From Myxococcota bacterium (GTDB lineage: Bacteria > Myxococcota_C > UBA6777), in contig JAKLKB010000065.1 of the NCBI GenBank assembly GCA_023150835.1, positions 1-48,837 on the forward strand: a stretch of DNA of 48,837 bases, given 5' to 3'. Each line of letters begins with the position of its first letter. Position 1 is the first letter of the stretch. The position numbers were made by a program, and so were the translations under genes. The notes below the pieces were generated by a model. It had not been told where the DNA came from. It saw nothing but the letters and a program-made list of their open reading frames with translations, and made no database searches. Shown here piece by piece: positions 18,470 through 27,950 of this stretch.

Positions 18470-19150
18470 TTGAGACCGATACAGTTGATCATCTTCGATC
18501 TGGATGGCACGTTGATCGATTCGTCGCATGATATCGTGGCGGCGATGCAACAGCTTCTGCGCGAGTTGTATCTTCCTGCTCTTGGTTCGGCGCAGATCAT
18601 GTCTTTTGTGGGGCAAGGCGTGGACTGGTTGGTGCGTCAGTGTTTGGCGGCGTGTGGTGTGGCAGGCGAGAATGCGCTGCGGTCGGCGGTGGAGCGGTAT
18701 CGTCAGCTTTACAGCCAAGATGCTTTGCGCTACACGCACTTGTATGTCGGGGTGCGTGAGACATTGGAGCGTTTGCGTTTGGGAGGTTTTGACATGGCGG
18801 TTTGCACCAACAAACCCGAGAGTATTGCGCGCAAAGTTCTCGATGGATTGGGGCTTTCGGGATATTTTCTGGCTTTGTTGGGAGGAGACAGCTTGGAGAA
18901 GCGCAAGCCAGATCCTGCGCCGTTGCGATTGTTGATGGAGTTATTGGATGTGGAGGCGGCGCAGACGTTGATGGTGGGGGATAGCGCGTACGATATCGCA
19001 GCGGGCCACGCAGCGGGGACGTGGACGTGTGCTGTGACGTACGGATTCCACGATATCGCAAGTGAAGGGCCTCCGCAGCCGAACGTGGTGATCTCGCAAT
19101 TTTCGGATCTGTTGTCGGTTCTTGGACTCGAAAACAGCGGAGGTGCGTGA
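18470..19150 (+). CDS. gph: HAD-family phosphoglycolate phosphatase
   Basis: FDLDGTLIDS, CTNKP, KPDPAP, MVGDSAYD motifs; AGGAGG SD before TTG. Confidence 0.88.
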   Translation: MRPIQLIIFDLDGTLIDSSHDIVAAMQQLLRELYLPALGSAQIMSFVGQGVDWLVRQCLAACGVAGENALRSAVERYRQLYSQDALRYTHLYVGVRETLERLRLGGFDMAVCTNKPESIARKVLDGLGLSGYFLALLGGDSLEKRKPDPAPLRLLMELLDVEAAQTLMVGDSAYDIAAGHAAGTWTCAVTYGFHDIASEGPPQPNVVISQFSDLLSVLGLENSGGA

Positions 19151-19441
19151 TGTCTTGTTGCGCCTCTGTTTGGATGGTGTATGCGAGTGTTTAGAACGTG
19201 CATGGGCGACACGATCGGTTGCGCCTCTGTTTGGATGGTGCGGTGCGCGTCTCTGTTTGGGTGAGGTGTCTTGAAGTGATGCGGGTTTTCTTTTAGGGTG
19301 GGGGCTTTGGTCGATCGGGTGCGCGTTGTGCGCTGCACCGTGTTTGCGGTACAGGGATGATGCAGAGGTCTGTTGGATATCTTCGTCGTCGCCTTCAAAA
19401 AAAGCGTATTTGTTTTGCAGGGATGATGCAGAGGAGGTCGT

Positions 19442-21643
19442 ATGTTTGGGTGGGTTTTGGGTGGTGCTTGGAGAACACAGCGGGCGTGTTGTTTGCGGCG
19501 TGTATGGGGTCTTTGCGCGTGGTTTGTGTTGTGGGTGGCTTGGTGGGGGATTGGTGTCGCAGCAGCGTCTGAGAAGCGCGGGCAGTGGGGGCATTCAGAG
19601 CTTGGCGAAGCGGTGTGGTACGCTCACCCCCAAGAGATGGATCGGGCTTTGCGTGGTCGAATGACGCCTGTGATCGTCGATGCCAAGGGCTTTTCGCGTG
19701 TGGGTGTGCGTTGGGATGCCCATCCGTCGCTGGAATGGGAGGCGCGTTTTCGGAGCCAAGGCAAAACATGGGGCGTGTGGTTGCCGCTGTCTGTGACGTG
19801 GAGAGCTTCCTTGGATGTCGATACATCGACCTTTAACGGCCATATCGATGTCCCCGATGGGCGCGCTACAGAAGTTCAACTGCGCCTCTTGGGGTCGGTT
19901 TGGCCGCGCTTTGTGGCGGTTGAAGCGATCGATCGCGTTGGTCCTGCCGCTCCGCATAGCCAACAATCCTCGCCGATCAGCTTGTTGCCGAACCAAGCTC
20001 TCACGGGGCCGTTCAACGCTCGCAGCGTGTGGGGGGCCGCTGCTGCCAAATGCACGACTTCAAATCCGACGAAAAATCGCATCGCTGTTCATCATACCGT
20101 CACCCCCAACAACGAAACGGGTTCGACCATTGTCACGCGGCTGCGCGGGATCCAGAGCTTTCATCAAAACACTCGTGGCTGGTGCGATATCGGCTACCAT
20201 CTGCTTGTTTCGTGGGACGGTCAGGCTTGGGAAGGAACCCCCGCAGAGCTTTTGGGAACACACGTCGGCGGCCAAAATACGGGAACGTTGGGCATCTCGT
20301 TTCTCGGAGACTTTACTTCGACAGAGCCGCCTTCGGTGATGACTTGCACAGGCTCCAAGCTGATGGATTGGGGCGTGAAGACATTTGGGGTTCCGCGTAC
20401 ACGCACGTCGATTATGGGACACCGCGAGTTTCCATCGCAAAGCACAGGATGTCCGGGCGATCGGCTACTTGCGCAAGTGACCAACATGATCCAGATGTCT
20501 TCTTCGGGAACGTGTACTGCCCCCCCCCCGCCCAAGTGCGATTATGTCCAGACCAACACGGCCAGCTTGAATATCCGACCCCAGTCCAACACCAACCAAC
20601 CCCCCATCGGAACCATCCCTCAAAACACCTGCCTCAAAGTCCTCAACAAAACCACCACAGGGCAGTCCGTCTCGGGCAATACCACTTGGTACGAGATCTC
20701 CTACAACAACGTGACGGGCTGGATCTCGGCCTATTATGCGCCTTGTACGGATTGCGGTCCTGCTCCTACCCCCGAAGGGACGCTTCAGGGCTTTGTGTAC
20801 GACGACGCGAACAGCGACAAAAGCCTGCGCCTTGAGGCCGTCACCCTCAAACTCAATAACGGCCAAACCGCCCAGACCAATGCAAAAGGCGAGTTTCGTT
20901 TTACCCTCAAGACGGGCGTTTACACGATCAATGCTTCCAAATCAGGTTTCCAAACCGCAACCGCCCAAGCCACCGTCGAAGACGCCAAGACCGCAAATGT
21001 CGAGATCGCGATGAAAAAGGCCGCCACTCCCGACAATAAGCCCCCCATCGTCATCCTCAGCGCTCCCAAAGATGGCGCAAGCCTGCCCGAAGGAGATATC
21101 GATGTCAGCGGAAAAGCGACCGACGATGTAAAAGTCGATCGCGTCGAAGTCAACGGCACTCCCGCAACCTTGAATGCCGATGGCACGTTCTCTGCGACGC
21201 TTTCTCTGATCGCAGGAGTACACACGATCACCGCCGCTGCATTCGATGCCGCTGGAAACAAAGGCGAAGCCAAGATCTCTATTACTCTCACTTCGACACA
21301 AGAACCCGTCGCCGAAGACTCCCCCGAACCTTCGGCAGAAGCCGCCACTCCCGAAGAAGCCGCTCCCACCGACGCTTCCGAAGACAACCGCGAAGACCGT
21401 CTCGTCCTTGAGTCACTCCCCGAGACCGCCCAAGTCGACAAAGGCCAAAGCGATACACCCTGCAAGCTCAACAGCGAATGCCCCAACGGACAGCTTTGTC
21501 AAAATGGCCGTTGCACCACAATCAACGGCGCTTCCGGCGGCTGCAATTGCCAGTCTTCCACCCCGACTGCTCCGTCTCTTGCGGTGTTTTTGCTGCTGTT
21601 GTTGGCCTTGTGCGTCCGACGACGCCATCCCTCCGCCCGCTAA
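19442..21643 (+). CDS. Surface N-acetylmuramoyl-L-alanine amidase (Amidase_2/PGRP-like) + SH3 + carboxypeptidase-regulatory-like + Ig + MYXO-CTERM-like tail
   Basis: IAVHHT, GWCDIGYH, GISFLGDF, GHRE..TGCPG Zn ligands; SH3 (SLNIRP..TWYEISYNNVTGWIS); C-terminal GGCNC..LAVFLLLLLALCVRRR. Confidence 0.88.
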   Translation: MFGWVLGGAWRTQRACCLRRVWGLCAWFVLWVAWWGIGVAAASEKRGQWGHSELGEAVWYAHPQEMDRALRGRMTPVIVDAKGFSRVGVRWDAHPSLEWEARFRSQGKTWGVWLPLSVTWRASLDVDTSTFNGHIDVPDGRATEVQLRLLGSVWPRFVAVEAIDRVGPAAPHSQQSSPISLLPNQALTGPFNARSVWGAAAAKCTTSNPTKNRIAVHHTVTPNNETGSTIVTRLRGIQSFHQNTRGWCDIGYHLLVSWDGQAWEGTPAELLGTHVGGQNTGTLGISFLGDFTSTEPPSVMTCTGSKLMDWGVKTFGVPRTRTSIMGHREFPSQSTGCPGDRLLAQVTNMIQMSSSGTCTAPPPPKCDYVQTNTASLNIRPQSNTNQPPIGTIPQNTCLKVLNKTTTGQSVSGNTTWYEISYNNVTGWISAYYAPCTDCGPAPTPEGTLQGFVYDDANSDKSLRLEAVTLKLNNGQTAQTNAKGEFRFTLKTGVYTINASKSGFQTATAQATVEDAKTANVEIAMKKAATPDNKPPIVILSAPKDGASLPEGDIDVSGKATDDVKVDRVEVNGTPATLNADGTFSATLSLIAGVHTITAAAFDAAGNKGEAKISITLTSTQEPVAEDSPEPSAEAATPEEAAPTDASEDNREDRLVLESLPETAQVDKGQSDTPCKLNSECPNGQLCQNGRCTTINGASGGCNCQSSTPTAPSLAVFLLLLLALCVRRRHPSAR

Positions 21644-21690
21644 ACGCCTCTCTCGCCACTCGCACAACACTTCCCGTTCCAAAAAGAGTC

Positions 21691-22015
21691 CACGGAAAAC
21701 ACGGAAAGCACGGAAAGAAAACAAGCTGTGTCTACAGAACGCGGCTACGGGAAGTTTCACGCTTTGGAAAACACGGAAGGCACGGAAAGAAAACAAGCTG
21801 TGGCTACAGAACGCGGCTGCGGGAAGTTTCACGCTTTGGAAAACACGGAAGGCACGGAAAGAAAACAAGCTGTGGCTACAGAACGCGGCTACGGGAAGTT
21901 TCACGCTTTGGAAAACACGGAAGGCACGGAAAGAAAACAAGCTGTGGCTACAGAACGCGGCTACGGGAAGTTTCGCGCTTTGGAAAACACGGAAGGCACG
22001 GAAAGAAAACAAGCT
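21691..22015. repeat. 72-bp tandem repeat x~4.5
   Basis: GGAAAACACGGAAGGCACGGAAAGAAAACAAGCTGTGGCTACAGAACGCGGCTACGGGAAGTTTCACGCTTT, near-identical copies, no spacers. Confidence 0.95.
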
Positions 22016-22173
22016 AAAAAAAACAGCGCAGCGTTTTTGGGGGTTCTGGCATCTCAATCGGCATCGTTTTGGCGTGGTCTATCTTTTCGTGAATTCGCGT
22101 CAAGGAATGCCTGAAAAAGGTGCTCTTTCTTCTGCGTAATGCCGTCCGAAAAAAGTGTAAGGTGAGGTCGCTG

Positions 22174-22932
22174 ATGCAAGCAGAGTATGTACTCTTTAAT
22201 CTTGTGATCTTGTCGGGGCCGATGTTTCTAAGTTTTTTGCGTCCGACGTATTTTTTGCATCGATGGAAAGCGGCGTGGTGGAGTGTGGCGATCGTGGCGT
22301 TGCCCTATCTTGCGTGGGACAGTTGGGTGACGGGAAGCCATTGGTTTTTCAACGCGCAATACACGCTGCCGTTTCGTTTGGCGGGATTGCCGTTGGGTGA
22401 GATCCTGTTCTTTTTTGGGGTGCCGTTTGCGTGTTTGTTTAGCTGGGAGACGTTGTTTAAGCCGACGCCACAGCCATCTCGTGTGGAATGGCTGCGATCG
22501 GTTCGGAGCGTTGGGATCTTTGTGCTTGTTCCGTTGGGAGTTGCGCTGTATGCTTGGGGCAAACAGTACACAGGCTTGGTCTGTTTGGCTTTGGCGAGTG
22601 CGGCGTGGTTTGATCGTTGGATCGAGAGCGATCTGCTGTTGATGCCGCGTTTTTACGGCTTTTTGTTGATGGTGATCGGCTTGACGGTGATCTTTAATGG
22701 TTATCTGACAGCGCGTCCGATCGTGACCTATGATGCGGCGTTTCAGCTTGATCTTCGACTGGGTACGATCCCAATTGAAGACTTTTTCTTTGGGATATCG
22801 CACGTGATTTGGTGCGGTGCGTTGTTTGAGTGGCTCAAGCTGCGTTATCCTTCTGAAGTGGCCTACCCATCGACGCATCGAATGGTCGAACGTTCGCCGT
22901 CTGTACTGGAAGTCTCGCCTTCTCCGAGGTAA
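22174..22932 (+). CDS. Lycopene cyclase domain protein (fused CrtYc/CrtYd-type)
   Basis: Two membrane repeats with LPLGEILFFFGVPFACL and IPIEDFFFG motifs; FNGYLT; GGTGAGG SD. Confidence 0.85.
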   Translation: MQAEYVLFNLVILSGPMFLSFLRPTYFLHRWKAAWWSVAIVALPYLAWDSWVTGSHWFFNAQYTLPFRLAGLPLGEILFFFGVPFACLFSWETLFKPTPQPSRVEWLRSVRSVGIFVLVPLGVALYAWGKQYTGLVCLALASAAWFDRWIESDLLLMPRFYGFLLMVIGLTVIFNGYLTARPIVTYDAAFQLDLRLGTIPIEDFFFGISHVIWCGALFEWLKLRYPSEVAYPSTHRMVERSPSVLEVSPSPR

Positions 22933-22944
22933 GACGATGTCTTT

Positions 22945-23099
22945 GGTAGCATCGGTGGTAAGGACTCGTTGGGCTGGCATCGGTAGCGTCGGTGGTAAGG
23001 ACTCTTTGGGCTGGCCTCGGTGGTAAGGACTCTTTGGGCTGGCCTCGGTAGCGTCGGTGGTAAGGACTCGTTGGGCTGGCATCGGTAGCGTCGGTGGTG
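22945..23099. repeat. 37/28-bp tandem repeat x~4.5 between cyclase and Rieske genes
   Basis: GGTAGCGTCGGTGGTAAGGACTC(G/T)TTGGGCTGGC(A/C)TC units. Confidence 0.9.
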
Positions 23100-23141
23100 C
23101 GGATGATTCGAGCGGATCTTTGGATGGAGAGAAACAAACGG

Positions 23142-24209
23142 ATGTTGACGGACAAGTGGTATTTGATCGGACCGACCGAAGAGATCAGGGCAAACAAGAT
23201 CAAGAAGATACGGATCTTGGGAGAGGATATCGTGATCTTTCGCGATGCTGCGGGCGTTCCGTCAGCAATCGAAGATCGGTGTTGTCATCGCAATGTGCCG
23301 TTGTCGATGGGAGAGATCAAGCGCGGGTGTGTGGTCTGTCCGTATCATGGATGGACCTTCAACGGTGCGGGCGAGTGTGTGCATATCCCGTCGTTGGCAG
23401 CGGAGGATCCGATCCCACGGACGGCCAAGGTGCGTTGTTATCCTGTACGCGAGCAGCACAAGTTGTTGTGGGTGTTTGTGGGAGATGAGTCGCGTGCGGA
23501 AAAGACCGCTCCACCGCCGATTCCAGAGATGGATCAATGGCCGTTTGTGGCACGCGAACATCTGTTTGAGGCCGATCTGGAGTCGGCTGCGGAAAGCTTG
23601 TTGGACCCGTACCATATCGCTTTTACGCATCGGGATTCGATCGGGACATTGTTGGGTTCGATCGAAGGCTTGCCACAAAATCCTGACTTTCATATCGAAG
23701 TGGTCGAGGATGGACTGATCGGGCGTTATCAGCGTGAAAATACAAGCTCTTTCTTTGAAAAGCAGTATTTTGGTAATACTCCGCAGGTTCAAGTCCACTA
23801 TCGCTTTTTTTATCCGAATCTTTCACGCCTAGAGATCGTGTTTCGAGATCGGGTGTTGCTGATCCTTGAACACATCATGCAGGTGGACGATCAGCGCGTC
23901 AGCATGACGCAGATCACGTTGTGGAAAAATATCTTTCGGCCTTTTCCTTGGTTTGCGCGCTACTTTATGCGCCGAAAGTCAGACAAGATCGTGGGCGAAG
24001 ATATCGCGCTGCTGCGGGCACAACGCGCCATCATGGACAAGATGAAAGAACAAGAAGGCCGTGTTCGCGAGGTTTCGGTGCGTGGTGATGCGATCTCCTT
24101 GGCTTTTCGCAAGTATTGGCGAGCCAAACTCAAAGAGACTTCTTCGGATGCCCCCGAGATATCAAAGAAACAACCGCCTTTTGAGGCAGCCGATGCGCCA
24201 AACGAGTAA
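23142..24209 (+). CDS. Rieske [2Fe-2S] oxygenase-like protein (VanA-type architecture)
   Basis: DRCCHRNVPLS and CPYHGWTF Rieske ligands; ESLLDPYHIAFTH mononuclear iron motif; late ED. Confidence 0.9.
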   Translation: MLTDKWYLIGPTEEIRANKIKKIRILGEDIVIFRDAAGVPSAIEDRCCHRNVPLSMGEIKRGCVVCPYHGWTFNGAGECVHIPSLAAEDPIPRTAKVRCYPVREQHKLLWVFVGDESRAEKTAPPPIPEMDQWPFVAREHLFEADLESAAESLLDPYHIAFTHRDSIGTLLGSIEGLPQNPDFHIEVVEDGLIGRYQRENTSSFFEKQYFGNTPQVQVHYRFFYPNLSRLEIVFRDRVLLILEHIMQVDDQRVSMTQITLWKNIFRPFPWFARYFMRRKSDKIVGEDIALLRAQRAIMDKMKEQEGRVREVSVRGDAISLAFRKYWRAKLKETSSDAPEISKKQPPFEAADAPNE

Positions 24210-24252
24210 GAGGGGGTCTAACATAGCGATATCTGTTGGAAGCGTACACATA

Positions 24253-24600
24253 CTGGAGCGCTCCGTAGCCAAAAAAGCCGTGTTCGCAAGCGTTCAAGCG
24301 ATAGAGCTGTTGGCTTTGAAAAACGCTGATCGCCCCATTTATACGGGGTCCATAGAGCCGCGCCCTTGGAAGCGGGGTCTGGTACCTCGCCTCATCAAGC
24401 AATACCCAGATCGGTCGCGACTCTCCAACATAAACCTTTTTCGCAAACACCCTTTAAGCGCAGAGGCAACGGTAAAAACCCCCGAATTCGCGGTGTTTCA
24501 AGCGGCGCAGTCGCTGGTTTGAAAAACGCTCGATCTCCCCGCCAACACGGGGGTCAAGGGGCGACAGTCCCTTGTGGGGCGTGGGGCAAAGCCCCACTCA
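24253..24600 (+). mobile_element. Two tandem MITE family A cores (one degenerate ~24253-24392, one ~24474-24600)
   Basis: AAAAAAGCCGTGTTCG..TTCAAGCG..TTGAAAAACG..ACGGGGTC; second copy has CAAGGGGCGACAGTCCCTTG and TGGGGCAAAGCCCCA. Confidence 0.7.
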
Positions 24601-24660
24601 ACCAAACGAAGGCCAAAAAGCTCGTTCGATGACAGCCACCCAACCAAAAAGGAGTCCGAG

Positions 24661-25410
24661 ATGTCAAAAGCCCATGCACTGCCATTGATTGAAAACAAGC
24701 CCGCTGTTCCGAAAGAATTTAACAAGATCGCGAGGCGCTATGATCTTGCGACGTTTCTTAACCAAGGCTACAGCGAAGATCTGCGCTTGAGTGCGAAGCG
24801 GATGGGACTGCGCGGGGATGAGCGTGTGCTGGATCTGTGTTGTGGGACAGGCAAGTCTACACGCGCTTGTTTGGAAGCCCTTCCGAACGGGCAGGTGGTG
24901 GGGGTGGATTTTTCGGAGGGGATGCTGTCGGTGGCGCGGGAGAATCTGCTTGCGACGTACGGAGAACGTGTATCGTTTCAACTGCAAGATGCGATGGCGC
25001 TGGACTTTCCAGACGAGTCCTTTGATGCGATCTACATGGCGTATGGGATCCGCAATATGTCAGACGCCGAGGCGTGTTTGCGCCAACTGTATCGTTTGCT
25101 CAAGCCGGGTGGGCAGGTGTGTTTCCATGAATACTCCTTGGCGGAGCGTTGGTATGCGCGGCCTTATTGGTGGGTGTTGGGGTACGGCTTTGTGGTGCCG
25201 TTTTGCACGGTCTTGACGGGGACATCGCGCATCTTTCGCTACTTGATCAAAAGCGTCGATCGCTTTTTGCGGCCTACTGCTTTTGTGCAAGCCCTCGAAC
25301 GGACGGGCTTTGTGCGTGCCTCTGCGCAGCCATTGCCTTTTTGGCGAGCGCCGATCTTGCACACCTTTCGCGCTTACAAGCCCGAACATCCCCCTGCTGC
25401 GGGAAAATAG
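24661..25410 (+). CDS. UbiE/MenG-like SAM-dependent methyltransferase (CrtT-like by context)
   Basis: FNKIARRYD, VLDLCCGTG, GVDFSEGML, AYGIRN, LKPGG; located immediately before crtU-like gene; AGGAG SD. Confidence 0.85.
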   Translation: MSKAHALPLIENKPAVPKEFNKIARRYDLATFLNQGYSEDLRLSAKRMGLRGDERVLDLCCGTGKSTRACLEALPNGQVVGVDFSEGMLSVARENLLATYGERVSFQLQDAMALDFPDESFDAIYMAYGIRNMSDAEACLRQLYRLLKPGGQVCFHEYSLAERWYARPYWWVLGYGFVVPFCTVLTGTSRIFRYLIKSVDRFLRPTAFVQALERTGFVRASAQPLPFWRAPILHTFRAYKPEHPPAAGK

Positions 25411-25709
25411 ACTTCTATCAGAATAGGACTTATCCCCCTGCTGCGGGAAAATAGACTTCTATCAGAATAGGACTTACGCGGTTGGATGGTTGTGTGGGGT
25501 TGGAACCCCAACGGTGACGCACTACCAAACGACGGGTCAAAAGGACTTACGCGGTTGGATGGTTGTGTGGGGTTGGAACCCCACGCCCCGCAAGGGAACT
25601 GCGTCCCCTTGACCCCGTGAGGGGCGAAGAGAGCACAGGTTTTCAACACAACGGCTCTGTCGCTTGAAGTGTCGCGAACACGGCTTTTTTTGGCAACGGC
25701 GTCACTCCG
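25391..25709 (-). mobile_element. MITE family A copy with duplicated end, plus 44-bp duplication of the methyltransferase stop region
   Basis: CCCCTGCTGCGGGAAAATAGACTTCTATCAGAATAGGACTTA x2; GGACTTACGCGGTTGGATGGTTGTGTGGGGTTGGAACCCCA x2; core in reverse orientation. Confidence 0.8.
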
Positions 25710-25770
25710 ATGCTATGTTGAGAAAAACAGGAAATCCGAGCGTGGCGGTTGTGCAAAGCAAGGAGCAGAG

Positions 25771-27342
25771 ATGGCAAAAGAATCGTTTGGAAAGCGTTGG
25801 ATTCGCGAGCGGCTGGGTGGGTACAAACAGCAGATCAACGTGGTTGAGGCAGACAAACCCGTACAGATGAGAAAAGCCCGTCGGGCGGCGGTGATCGGAG
25901 GTGGGATCGCGGGGATATCCGCTGCATCACATCTTGCCGAACGGGGATTTGGTGTGGCGCTGTTTGAAAAAGAGTCGTACCTTGGCGGAAAAGTCGGCTC
26001 TTGGAAAGCGGATGTGGGAGGCGGTGTCGAGATGCAAATCGAACACGGCTTTCATGCTTTTTTTCGCCAGTATTATAACTTTATAGATTTTTTGAAGCGG
26101 ATCGGTGCGGAAAAATACTTTGAGCCGATCGATGATTATCTGATCCTGACACAAGCTCACGGCAACTTTAGCTTCCAAGGCATCGACACCACGCCGATCT
26201 ACAACTTGTTGTCGATGGCGCGCAAAGGCATCTACAGCTTGCCGAGGATGGCGTTGAATCCAAAAGCGCAAAAGATGCAGGCGTTGTTTCGCTATGAGCC
26301 AGAAAGCACTTTTGCGCAATACGATCAGGTGTCTTTTGCGGATTTTGCGCGTTCGGCGGCCTTACCTGATCGGCTGGTGCGGATCTTTACGAGCTTTGCA
26401 CGAGCGTTTTTCTCGGAGCCTTCGCGGATGTCGATGGCGGAGATGATGAAAGGGTTTCATTTTTATTTTTTAAGCAATGATCTTGGCCTGTTGTATGACT
26501 ACATGAACGAAGACTTTGCGGTATCGCTGCTTGGGCCTGTGTTTGCCCATTTTGAAAAGCATGGCGTCTCGTGGCATCTCAACGCGCCTGTTGAATCGGT
26601 CGAGCGAGAAGGGAAGGGATACCGCGTCAATGGCGTGCCGTTCGATGATCTGGTGATCGCGACGGATGTGGTTGGAACACGGAAGATCGCGGAAAAAAGT
26701 TCGTGGTTGCGCGAAGAAGCTCCGATACTTGCTGCGCAGATGTCCGCGTTGCGTCCGTCGCAGCGATACGCGGTGTTGCGGCTGTGGTTGGATCGCGATA
26801 TCCGATCGGATCTTCCGATCTTTGTCTTTACGGATCGCGAAGTGCTGTTGGATTCGATATCGCTGTATCATCGGATGCAAGAGACTTCACGGCGTTGGGT
26901 CGAAGAAAACGGGGGGAGTGTGATCGAGTTGCACTCGTATGCTGTTCCTGACGCGATCCGCGATCAAGAAGAAGCAAGAGCGCAGTTGATTCGGGAGTTT
27001 GAGACGTATTTCCCTGAGATCAAAGGGGCCGTGATCCGTCACGAGTTCATGCAGTTTCGGCAAGACTTTGCTTCGTTTGCGATCGGTGAATATGCGGGCC
27101 GTCCAACCGTACAGACGGAGATCCCGAACTTATTTTTGGCGGGAGATTGGGTGCGGCTGTCTTGCCCTGCGATGTTGATGGAAGCAGCGCATACTTCGGG
27201 GATGATCGCTGCAAATCACTTGCTTTCCGCGCAAGGTCTGCAACAATACCCCGTCTATTCGATTCCTTTGCGTGGCCTTCTTGCGCCGCATCGGAAACAA
27301 GGTCTTCGTTTGCTCGCTGCCGAACAGCGAGCCGTTGGATAA
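25771..27342 (+). CDS. crtU: FAD-dependent carotenoid phi-ring synthase / isorenieratene synthase-like desaturase
   Basis: VIGGGIAGISAA..FEKESYLGGKVGSW, HGFHAFFRQYYN, FHFYFL, YAVLRLWLDR, GGSVIELHSYA, LAGDW..MLMEAA; crt gene context. Confidence 0.8.
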   Translation: MAKESFGKRWIRERLGGYKQQINVVEADKPVQMRKARRAAVIGGGIAGISAASHLAERGFGVALFEKESYLGGKVGSWKADVGGGVEMQIEHGFHAFFRQYYNFIDFLKRIGAEKYFEPIDDYLILTQAHGNFSFQGIDTTPIYNLLSMARKGIYSLPRMALNPKAQKMQALFRYEPESTFAQYDQVSFADFARSAALPDRLVRIFTSFARAFFSEPSRMSMAEMMKGFHFYFLSNDLGLLYDYMNEDFAVSLLGPVFAHFEKHGVSWHLNAPVESVEREGKGYRVNGVPFDDLVIATDVVGTRKIAEKSSWLREEAPILAAQMSALRPSQRYAVLRLWLDRDIRSDLPIFVFTDREVLLDSISLYHRMQETSRRWVEENGGSVIELHSYAVPDAIRDQEEARAQLIREFETYFPEIKGAVIRHEFMQFRQDFASFAIGEYAGRPTVQTEIPNLFLAGDWVRLSCPAMLMEAAHTSGMIAANHLLSAQGLQQYPVYSIPLRGLLAPHRKQGLRLLAAEQRAVG

Positions 27343-27398
27343 TCGGCGTTGGTGGTTTTCGTACGCCAACACCCCAAACAAAGGAGCGTTGGTGTCGG

Positions 27399-27749
27399 AT
27401 GAGCCGTTATACGGTGACGATCTTGTTGTTGTGTTGCAGCAACGTGTTTATGACGTTTGCATGGTATGGGCATCTGCGCGATATGTCGCATCGACCGTGG
27501 ATTGTGGCGGCGTTGGTCAGTTGGGGGATCGCTCTTTTTGAATATCTCTTACAAGTTCCTGCCAATCGTATCGGTCACGAAGTCATGACCGTCGGACAGC
27601 TAAAGATCCTGCAAGAAGTAATTACGCTGACGATCTTCGTGCCATTTGCCATCTTTTATATGAAAGAAAAACCGACATGGGATTACTTGTGGGCAGGGCT
27701 TTGTTTGTTGGGAGCCGTGTTTTTTATCTTCCGCAGCAAGTTGTTCTGA
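27399..27749 (+). CDS. DMT family small membrane protein (DUF486-type)
   Basis: SNVFMTFAWYGHL, SWGIALFEYLLQVPANRIG, QLKILQEVITL. Confidence 0.9.
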   Translation: MSRYTVTILLLCCSNVFMTFAWYGHLRDMSHRPWIVAALVSWGIALFEYLLQVPANRIGHEVMTVGQLKILQEVITLTIFVPFAIFYMKEKPTWDYLWAGLCLLGAVFFIFRSKLF

Positions 27750-27752
27750 ACG

Positions 27753-27880
27753 TTGGTGTTTTGGTGTTTTGGTGTTTTGGTGTTTTGGTGTTTATGAGAG
27801 TATGTAGAAGCCCGATTGTTTGGGCATCCACAGGGGGATGCCCCTACCTCTTTACGATAACGCAACGGGCGGATCTCGTA
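27753..27880. mobile_element. TTGGTGTT 8-bp microsatellite x5 followed by partial MITE family B
   Basis: GGGCATCCACAGGGGGATGCCCCTAC..GGGCGGATCTCGTA. Confidence 0.7.
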
Positions 27881-27950
27881 TAACGGCGCAAGACGACCAA
27901 AGGGAGTCCTACCGGACGCCCCAGACAAAGGGCGGGAGATCGGGTGATTT

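Noticed and set aside
21691-22015. Possible CRISPR array
   Set aside because: Whole 72-bp units are near-identical, with no unique spacers and no cas genes
21246-22139. ORFs with 24-aa repeats crossing the 72-bp array
   Set aside because: Open frames result from a stop-free repeat with period divisible by 3; they overlap the amidase gene and lack a clear SD
24661-25410. Calling this gene ubiE/menG
   Set aside because: The fold fits, but the position between carotenoid genes favours a CrtT-like role; symbol withheld
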